NCBI GenBank assembly: GCA_043228905.1 | Contig: JBHGNT010000012.1 | Coordinates: 17,732,001-17,796,000 of the forward strand | Reading direction: 5' to 3' | Source: Azolla caroliniana | Lineage: Eukaryota; Plantae; Polypodiophyta | DNA: 64,000 nt | Part shown: positions 24,947 to 34,599 of the stretch, in pieces | Numbering within the stretch: position 1 is the stretch's first letter | How the letters are laid out: every line of letters starts with the position of its first letter | Translations under genes and position numbers: made by a program | The notes under the pieces: model-generated | Database searches by the model: none | The model's input: only the letters and a program-made list of their open reading frames with translations | What the model was told of the DNA's origin: nothing

Positions 24947-25519
24947 AGGTCAAACAATGCACAATGGTGCACGACGAGGGCCAAACGAACGAAGTGAATT
25001 CGAATGGGGTTCCTTGGGATTTGATCACAATATCCAACTCGAAAGAGGCATACCATGAAAACGGACGAAGTGGAAAACATAAAATGTGGTCATCTAAGGG
25101 CCTAAATGTGCGCATGTACTTGAAGCATGGGCTACGAGGAGTAGTCAAAGTCAATGTTAGGATGAGGCCTAACAAAGACAAGCTTGGATTGACGGAAGAA
25201 GGAAGATTGAAGTGCCTTGACCATGAATATGGTCGGAACGAAGGCGGCACATGCATGGTGCATGAAGGATTATGCTTGGGGAAGGTGGAAGAGGCCACGA
25301 CAATCAGTCGTGGTGGTGCAAAGCTCGGACAAAGGATTTGGTGGTTTGGATTGCTTCCCTAGCTATGGTAGAAAAAATGGTTGTGGTGGCATTGGAAGAA
25401 GAGAGATAAGGAGCCAATGAGTTGGTTCAAGGTCAATCTCTATAATTGATAGTTAGGTTATGAAGAAAGGAAAATATTAGGAAAAGGATTAAAGATTTCA
25501 ACTAGGATGATGCAACTCA

Positions 25520-25721
25520 ATACCACACCTAGCACATGCCGAAGGATGTGCAGGTTTGGTGGGGGTGGATGTCGTGATGTTTCGACACATAGTGCGAAAC
25601 CACCCTCAAAAGAGAATAAAATACCACACCTGGCACATGCCGGAGGATGTGCAGGTTTGGTGGGGGTGGATGTCGTGATGTTTCGACACATAGTGCGAAA
25701 CCACCCTCAAAAGAGAATAAA
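25520..25721. repeat. 101-bp tandem duplication of the PPT and 3' LTR start
   Basis: ATACCACACC... at 25520 and 25621; LTR start TGTCGTGATG at 25570 and 25671. Confidence 0.92.
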
Positions 25722-26268
25722 ATAATAGTTCAAATAAACTAATGTTGTGAAGTCAAATATTATAATAAATAAAAGAATAAAAAGTTAGAGGCAGGTTTTC
25801 AAAAGTAGAAAAATGAGAAAAAGTAGGAAAAAAAGCTAGATGTGGATATGAGGAGTAAGGGAGAGAAAAAAGCTCATAATTTCCTCATCCGATGTCCAAA
25901 TTAGAAAAGAAAATATTCATAAAAAGCAATAACACGAAGGGCTTTCCAAATATACCTTGCATGTCAATTTGAGCATACAAAAGAGAAATAATGATAGAAA
26001 TAAAAAACGCCTCATATAGACGAGCTTTTTTTAGGAGAAAAAAAGCAAGCCAAAGAAAACCTATAAATAAGAGCTATTCTTAAGAAGAGGGGGGGATGGA
26101 TGGGGATTTGAAGAAGAAAATATTTATGTTTCCTTAAAGGGGAGATAGAAAAAACAAATCATGTAACAAAATAAGTCCATTAGATTGATGATTTCGTAAT
26201 AAAAAACTTTCTATGTTTCCTCTCTCATACTCTTTTTGTTTATGTATAAGTATAATTAAGTGTTATTC

Positions 26269-26754
26269 GAGCGGTATACCGACCCGCACTCCTTGCAAAG
26301 CCATAAGGCAAACCCTAAATGTGATGCTAATATACTATGGAGGGATTACACCTGAGTGTAGAATCCGCCATCATGAGGTGATTGCTAATCACGGGCCTCC
26401 GGTGGTTGCGTAGTTCACGCTTGTAACTGGTGTGACGTTTGCAATCGGTATACCATCCACTCGCGGGTGACCGCCAACCACTTGTTGGGGATCAATGTGT
26501 AACACATTCCTACCTACCTTGACAACTCACATGCCATGAGTTTTGTGGTTGCCTGGATGCTTCAAGCATTGCAAGTTAATCGTGCTTGAGCCAGAACAAT
26601 ACTGGGATGGGTGACCTCTCGGGAAGTCCTGGTTACATCTACGATAGTAATGGGTTCGGGGGGGCCCATTGCTATCAAGAGTGGACACGCTCCATATTCG
26701 AGCGGTATACCGACCCACACTCCTTGCAAAGTCGTAAGGCAAACCCTAAATGTC
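26269..26754 (+). mobile_element. Cassandra-like (5S-containing TRIM) insert in the 3' LTR of F, circularly permuted
   Basis: Absent from the 5' LTR. ~55-bp terminal direct repeats with 431-bp period; contains a 5S rRNA-like segment. Confidence 0.7.
26574..26639 (+). pseudogene. 5S rRNA-derived segment (A box to C box, internal Pol III promoter)
   Basis: AGTTAATCGTGCTTGAGCCAGAACAATACTGGGATGGGTGACCTCTCGGGAAGTCCT aligns with the 3' half of plant 5S rRNA (AGTTAAGCGTGCTTGGGCGAGAGTAGTACTAGGATGGGTGACCTCCTGGGAAGTCCT, recalled); 5' half absent. Confidence 0.9.
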
Positions 26755-28615
26755 ATACTCTCTTACTCTAAGCATTCTTACTCGTAAGCATAAGCAAATA
26801 TTATTCGATCTTGCATCTCGCATAATCTCTTACTCGAAGATTTTATTGTGCATAACTATAATTAAGTATTAATCAAGCTCTCATACTATCTTACTCTTAT
26901 TTGAAGGAAATATCTCGTCTTAAAACTTAAAGTGCATAAATCATTTAGCCCTAAATCCTTCCGGTCCAAAACCCCGGCAGTTCCGTCGCATGATCCGCAC
27001 TGGTTGGCGGATTTTCACGCCACCGGTCCAACAACGAAGGTGAATACACCTCCCAAGCCTTCAAACAGTACTTGTCCGAAAAAGGAATCCGACATCAAAA
27101 GACCGTTCCCTATACCCCCATGAAGAATGGCATGGCAGAACAGATCAACCAAATGATCCAAGAGAGAGTGATGACAATACTCCAGCAATCCGGATTGAAG
27201 TTGGAATTCTGGGCCAAAGCATTGCAAACGGCAATATACTTGATAAATTTGTCACTGTCGAGAGAAATACGGCTCGAAGTTCCATATGCACTATGGTCTA
27301 GCAAACATCCGACCTACGATAGGCTCCATATATTCGGATATGAAGCCTATGCTTTCATCCCCAGGGAGAAAAGGACCAAGCTGGCACCCCATGCACTTAA
27401 GTGTATATTTCTCGGTTATGGAAACTCCATGAGTGCACGACTACTTCGACGAACAAAGCCAAATATGTTGCCAAGTTCGATGTGGCTAAAGAAGCACTAT
27501 GGCTCGGTCGACTAGCTTGCACATTTCGACAAGCCAACCCGAATTTGGCTCCAGTTGTCTTCAATGATAATCAAGGAGCAGTAGCTTTGGCGAAGAATCT
27601 GGTTCACACAATGCCTCGAAGCATATCGACGTTCAATACCATTTTATTCGGGATTGCATGACCAAAGGAAAGCTCATATTGGAGAAGCTTTCTACAGCCG
27701 ACAATGTTGTGGATGCGATGATGAATATTCTTTCGGCCAACAGGTTTCGGTTGATTCGGCAACTAATGAGTGTGGAGATTATTTCAACTCAAACTCGGAA
27801 GCAAACTTCGGCCCAACTACGATCGAAGTCTTCGTATATCATTCGCCCTGGTGTATCTGTATTTCTTTGTTTTCTTTTTACATATTTTTTGTAATACGCT
27901 CATTACGGTGTCGTGAAGTACGAAAACTTCACATTAAAAGTCTACAATAAGATAAATACGTAACAAAAATAAAATAAACCTTTATAATGTTTTATACATA
28001 AAGACAATATTAATAACAGACTATGATAACATTATACAATATATGTAGAGGCAAAAATATATATTATATTACATGGACAAGAGAGGACTTGAACCTGAAC
28101 CAATAAACCCTACCTTATAACACTCAAAGGTTACCATTTAGCCTATACTTATCATTTATAAGATATATGTTAATTTATTTGAAGTAGTATTTTATAGTCT
28201 AAACCATGTAATATAATACATGCACACCATATAGCAAATTACATGGGCAAAAGAGGACTTGAACCAACAACCTTAAACTTACAACATTCAAACCTTACCA
28301 ACGAGATATTGAAGGGAAGACTATGGTCTACCATCAAGAAAGAGAAGAGCGATTACCTTGTGAGACAAAGCTTGAAGGATCAACAATGCTCACGATCATT
28401 TTGTAACTCATTCATCAAATAATTATAAGTTTCTTTCATTCCTTCAAATATAATTCTATATCCCATCTTGTCATATCTTGTTGATCTCTATTTACTCTTC
28501 TCTATTCTTCGTCTCTTCCATCCATAATCCCAGTGATTCCTTCCTCACTTTCACGATATCTTTTGTCTACGCAACGGTACGCTTCTAGGCGAGCCACGCC
28601 ACGACAACGGGGGAG

Positions 28616-28850
28616 TGTCAAATACAATCATATAGTGGACATATTCACATTACCCCATTGGACAAATTAAGTTAAGCTATCTTTGTAAATATCATAAAGG
28701 GTAGTTGCTCAAAGTCAATTAGTATATAACTGACTTTGTAACTATTTGTTATTTTGAATAATACAAGTTGTATTGTGCGCCTCTCTGTTCTTCCCTCTCT
28801 CTCTGTCTATCTCAAGCTTTCCATTGATATCTGTCTATTTTGTTTCATCA
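28616..28850 (+). mobile_element. Orphan Copia-type 3' LTR
   Basis: PPT GGGGGAG immediately before TGTCAAAT; TATA-like TATATAA; ends TTTCATCA; no partner LTR seen. Confidence 0.5.
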
Positions 28851-30654
28851 TGTACACAATGTGTATTATTGTTCTAGACAAGATCATCATATTGTTCGGG
28901 AATATAAGTTGAATAACTCCAACAAGGTAGATAAGAGAAAGAGAGAGAAAGAAGGGTGTCGATCCACCTGATCACCCCCGAGTTAAGGGATCGAGATGGA
29001 CTCGAGCCTTGATCATCATCCCATACCACCACCATGGCTATGGCATCAAATCATGCATGGTATTGTCATGCTCCCTACAAGAGTATGGTCACCACAAGAT
29101 CACACTCTTGACATAGTTAAATCATGTGTCTAATGAGGGTAGTTAGGCCTTACATCTATTGCCAAACCTAAAGCCCCCATGCAAGTTCATACTTGGCCCT
29201 TATGGGTTGTCTCAATTCCTAAGATTCAAAGTACTCCTCCCTTCTTTACACTCTCGATTAACCCTCGCACTTTATCCTCGTGTGTAGAATACTACGGTAC
29301 AACTTCCCATAGGATAAATGATGGTCATGCCCATAACACTTACCCTCGTCCCTCTCCTTGTCTATGTAGAGTATCTATTGTAAAATGCATGGATATACAA
29401 TTACTATTATTGACTTTCATTTATAATCTACCTTAACATTAATGATTTTAGTAATTATGGAAATGAAGCCCAACTTGTACGAGGATATATCCATGTGTTG
29501 TAATTATCTAACATGTTTGTTTACACCTTATTCAATGTCTTAATATTTGCAACTCGATCATTGTTTTATCTTATGGATAAGAACTTGAGCATATTGAAAA
29601 ATTCATTTGTCCTAAGATGATTATCACAAACCATGGAGGTTTGGATGGATACCTCAGGGTGCGTAGAAATGCATACATGACCAAGTATTGTTACATTGAT
29701 TCCTTTTCTCTTATCATGGTTTGCTAGACGGTTATCAAAAACTTATATGTGTAGGTAGAAATGCATTTGTGACCAATTGTTGTTGCATTGATTCCTTTTT
29801 CTCTTAAAATGGTTATCATGGTTTACTAGACAATTATCAAAAACTTAATATGTCTATCACCTTTGTTGGATGGGTAGAATCACATACATGAATAGGTGTT
29901 GTTACACAAGTCCCCTTACAATGGTCATTTTGTTTGATATACAAATAAACTTACTAATCATACCTTGTAGTGGAAATAATCGCATTAGAGGTGATTGTGT
30001 TCTATGAAGATTTCGAGAAGCCCAGGGCTATTAAATGGATACCATAAACAAGACAATATCGCATTGCTGAACAGGTGTAGACTGATTGATACCTTGGGAC
30101 ATACGGATGGAAAACGAGGTTAGGCGGATATATCATACTCTATACAAAATCACATTGCTTAACATGTGAACGAACGTATGTACACATGCACGTCTGCATG
30201 ATATGATTGAGCAATGGAGAGATATGAACTAAGGGGCGGCGCTGATATGACATGGATAGATGGATGAATTCCATGGGGCCGAGATAGAATGGAGGTGCTA
30301 ACGTGGGTGTATACATGCATATTTACCTGAAACATCAATGGATGGATGGATGGATCGACAAGTGGAGATGGATGGTCTGGATGGGGAGGAGCCGAGAGAT
30401 CTGGTAGCTTGTTGGTCTTGCTGGGTTCCACACAATGTCCAACAGATGGAGCCTAATGGACTGTCCGGGGGGGGGGGGACAATCGCTCGTGTCCGATAAT
30501 ATAGAAAGAAGCCAATGAAAGTCAAAGACCAATAACCAAAGGCATGTAATGTTTGTTAACCCACAAAGGCCCACTTAGAAGAATTCCTGTGCTTCATAAT
30601 AATATTATACATATGTTCCTCATGGATTCCCCTGTTTAGGATTCAATCCAATCC

Positions 30655-32888
30655 ATGGATTCAAGCCTTGCTGGAGATGGGCTGGAGAGCTTCTTCCTTG
30701 ATCCCTTGCTCCAGACCACTCCCTTCATCTACAGCCATGGCCCTGCTTCCATGGAAGCTTCTCCCCACATCAAGGAATCTCTACATGCTGCTGCTGCCAC
30801 ATATGGCTCAGATCATGTTGTGGGAGACATGATGAGGGAGAATCATCCAGCAGAGGTGAGCAGTGGCAGCAGCAGCAGCAGCAGAAGGACAAGAAGAACC
30901 CACAGAAGAGCACACTCGGAGACCCTGTTTCGGATACCCGATATGTTTACAAGCGAAGAAGAAGTGGGCAATTTACATGGTCATAGTAATAGTGGTGAGG
31001 TTCTTATGGGTTCAGATGGAACAGGGGAGGATCTCCTCTCTTCTTACATGGCCATGGAGGCTAATTCTACATGCCTGTCAGGTAAAGGCCCGGAAGCTTC
31101 CGGAAACCATGTGGGGGTTCCTTTGTCATCGCCATCATCGTCAGTGGTTCGATCCGATGATTCGAACATGTATCCCAATAAAGCTAGGCCTCCCCGGCAT
31201 CATCATAGCATGTCGATGGATGGCTCTTTCAACATGCCCACAGAGGATCTATTCATCATGAGTGATTTAGATGTCCTCGAAACAAAGATGTCTCTCTCCG
31301 AACTCTCTCTTATTGACCCTCGCCGCGCCAGGAGGTCGGTTGGTTCATCCTCACAATTCATTTGTATTACATGACAATCATTTGTGAACTCCATACCCTT
31401 ATGTGAAAAGAAAATGTTTTGTGTTCGTTCCGATAGGTCATTTTTGAACCCCCGGGGGGAAGATAATGAAAATCAATCTGGTCTATGAACTAACAATCTG
31501 GCTCATGTGTATTACATGAGAATCATTTGTGAACTCCATACACTTATGTGAAAAGAAAATGTGCCGCGTTCATTCCAATAGGTCAATTTTTAACCCCTGG
31601 GGGGAAGATAATGAAAATCAATCTGTTCTATGAACTAACAATCTGTCTCATGTATTACATGAGAATCATTTGTGAACTCCATACACTTCTGTGAAAAGAA
31701 AATATTTTGTGTTCGTTCCGATAGGTCATTTTTGAACCCCCAGGGGGAAGATAATGAAAATCAATCTGGTCTATGAACTAACAATCTGTCTCATGTGTAT
31801 TACATGAGAATCATTTGTGAACTCCATACACTTCTGTGAAAAAAAATGTTTCGCGTTCGTTCCGATAGGTCATTTTTGAACCCCCGGGGGGAAGATAATG
31901 AAAATCAATCTGGTCTATGAACTATCAATTCCGGGGTTAATCATAGTCATCTTTTAACAGGATTTTGGCGAATCGGCAGTCTGCAGCTCGGTCCAAAGAG
32001 CGCAAGGTCCGGTATACTGCGGAGTTGGAGGAGCGAGTGCGTACACTTCAAAAAGAGACCGACTCACTTTCGGCTCACTTATCCAGGCTACAAGTAAGTA
32101 TACAACCATATATAAATGTATAATTCAATGCAATACTAGCTATTAGGGTACTATCATGCTAGGCAATACTATGTGAAATCCCTATGTGTTCTCTTTTGAT
32201 GAAAGAAGGATGTGTTTCATTCCGAGGCAATATTAGCCAATGACACCAAAACCAGTATCTACAAATCGCATGCCACCCCATCTCATAGATGCACACATAA
32301 AAAAAAAACTAAGTCATCTTTGTGTTGTGTAGAATAATAGCATTCTCGTGACGAGAAAAAAGAGGAAGAGGGCTGATTGAATTTCACGTCATTTCTTACC
32401 TTTCGCAGAAAGATTCTGGAGGTCTTTCGATAGAGAATAGTGAGCTTAAACTACGATTACATGCCATGGAACAACAAGCACATCTTCGTGATGGTAAGAT
32501 TTTTCCATGATCTACTAAATAACAAGGCATACCGTTTCTTTTAAAGAGCCTTGCATTGGTTAGGTTTATGGCTAATTTAGATGTATAAAAAGAAAAGAAA
32601 GCAAAAGGATTAATTTGAAAAGTTTGTGACCCAATAGAGTAAAGCTGCAAAGATTGATTAAAAATCTTTCTAAAACAAGCTTAGGAAGACATAATTAAGT
32701 TTTCTTCTTTTATGTTGTACATGAATTTTTTCTACATTTGAAAGATGAATATTTGGCTGACTTGGCTTTTGTGAGTTTTGTAATTATGTCAAAAAGCCTT
32801 GAACGAGACGTTGAAGGAAGAGATAAGGTGGTTGAAATCATCAACGATGGTTCGAATGAATGATGGGAAAAATGGGCATCCTTTTTGA
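30655..32888 (+). CDS. Group I bZIP transcription factor (RF2b/VIP1-like); exons 30655-31334, 31961-32093, 32409-32493, 32797-32888
   Basis: HRRAHSE and [10 protein letters not shown] motifs. Spliced [22 protein letters not shown] basic region (group I Lys) and [31 protein letters not shown] introns keep the frame. Confidence 0.9.
31363..31929. repeat. ~145-bp tandem repeat, 4 copies, in bZIP intron 1
   Basis: TGTATTACATGA at 31363, 31508, 31651 and 31796. Confidence 0.93.
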
Positions 32889-33357
32889 GCCCAAGTGACT
32901 ACTCTCTTGCAGGGAAGCATCCATCAAGTCTCTCTTTCTCTTTTTGGCTTAATGAGCACTGAATGAGTCCATTGTTGGCCCTAGCTTGCCCATGTATATA
33001 GCATATAATCAATCAGCTTTGTGAGACAATTCCCTCCAAGATGAAGAGTCAAAACTAGATTTCGTTGGATCAACACAGTATCGTCATAAAAGGTCCATGA
33101 AACTATTGTTAAAGAAGAGTAGTGAAACAAAGACCGTGAATGTAATCACCTACAATAGATGTATAGGTTCTATGACCATAATTATAGTGTCTATATTAGC
33201 ATTTACATGTAATCAAAACATTAATTTCTCGATAGATCTTATAAGAGAAATTCTTTAATTCCGACATTAAGCGTTTGCCAAATTTGTGTGAGCCATTGTC
33301 ATTGGTATGGCAAGTACATTCATGAAGATTAAACATCAAGCAATAATGTTAACAATA

Positions 33358-34599
33358 CAGTAGACATTCGGTTAAGTGCGCACTTTGAACGCAAGGAAGA
33401 AGTGCGCACTTAACCGAGCTGCGCACTTAGGGGTTTTCTGAAACATTTTAGGGTTTTTTGGAAATTTTTAGGGTTTTCTGAAATATTTTCCTTCTGTATG
33501 CTAATCATACAATTCGTGATAAGAAAAGTGATAAATTTATGTGATAAATTGACCTAAAATGTTTCTAGTTCCACCATTCATACTTTTCAATTTCTTTCTC
33601 TCAAACATTTTAGGGTTTTTGGGAATTTTTTAAGGTTTTCTGAAATATTTTTCCTTCTGTATGCTAATCATACAATTCTTGATAAGAAAAGTGATCAATT
33701 TATGTGTTAAATTAACCTAAAATGTTTCTAGTTTCACCATACACACTCTTCAATTTCTTTCTCGGTTCTAGATGGTATTTGTCTTTTTGCTACATCTGAG
33801 AAATACATCCATTATGCAACAAACCTAATGAGCTTCCTTGGATGCATCATGCGATGGGATTTTTTCTTGCGTTTTCTTCCTAGTGGCAGCAAGTTTGAGG
33901 AATTGAAGTACAGATGGAGGAGACAAGAAAAGAGAGAGGGGGAGCAACAGATAGATCACCGACTACAACTTTTGTCATCTAAACAAGATGCACAGAAAGA
34001 GAGAGGGAGGGAGAGAGGCTTTTTTCATGCAAGAAAAGAGCACACACAGATGTGATACAGGCACACACAGAAAGAGAAGGAGAACAGATGGATATGTTGC
34101 GCGTGGAGAAGGAGAGCTCACGTTCACAGCCAATTGCTACAAAACTTGACTATTCACGATCATCAAGATTTGTTTTCCATTCTTTGCTTATGTTCTTTAA
34201 TCAAGAATCAAAATCACAGATTTGTAATCGTAACACACACACGCGCACACACACATGTAGAACACATGACACACATGACATACCCACAGAAACTCCTTTC
34301 GTTGTTTTCTTAATGTTTGGACTCGCTCTCGTTACCATAACACTTCTTGGTTCCTGTGTGACTAAACTTGTGGGATGTCCTTGTAATCGTAAACACACAC
34401 ATATGACACACACATAGACATACCCATAGAAGCTCCTTTCGTTGTTTTCTGAATGTTTGGAACATAGTTTTAACTTGGTTTGATGTAATTTCGTCATGAA
34501 ACAATGTAATTTTTTTGATCCAGATTTTGACCACTAAAAAAAGCGCACTTAATAGAATGGTGCACTTATGTGGGCACGCACTTAACCGAATGTCTACTG
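33358..34599. mobile_element. Non-autonomous Tc1/mariner (pogo-type) element
   Basis: Perfect 23-bp TIR CAGTAGACATTCGGTTAAGTGCG; TA on both flanks; internal ~160-bp duplication 33440-33763; no transposase. Confidence 0.9.

Larger units (their letters stand above)
21695..27022 (+). mobile_element. Non-autonomous Trp-primed Gypsy element F with two LTRs
   Basis: 5' LTR 21695-22586; PBS TGGTGAACCCGACGTGAA 22595-22612; gag ATG 22658, homologous to element T gag; PPT GGTGGGGGTGGA; 3' LTR 25671-27022; 4-bp TSD CTGG/CCGG; no PR, RT or IN motifs. Confidence 0.9.
21174..27800 (+). mobile_element. Copia family E, heavily decayed (U5-like remnant, integrase, RNase H; RT deleted), interrupted by Gypsy F
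   Basis: LGHMSQ, LELVYANICGPM, FVDDCTRK; KILR|SNNEGEYTS reads across the F insertion; NGMAEQINQ, CIFLGY; RNase H AKEALWL..DNQGAVALAKN. Confidence 0.8.

Noticed and set aside
26555-26640. Functional 5S rRNA gene
   Set aside because: Only the 3' half aligns, with several substitutions and no oligo-T terminator
28070-28270. tRNA or SINE (reverse B-box GGTTCAAGTCC twice; similar at ~56420)
   Set aside because: No cloverleaf, clear A box, tail or TSD could be established
29300-30120. Possible LINE RT remnant (DFEK-like at ~30008)
   Set aside because: Single weak motif, too decayed to support
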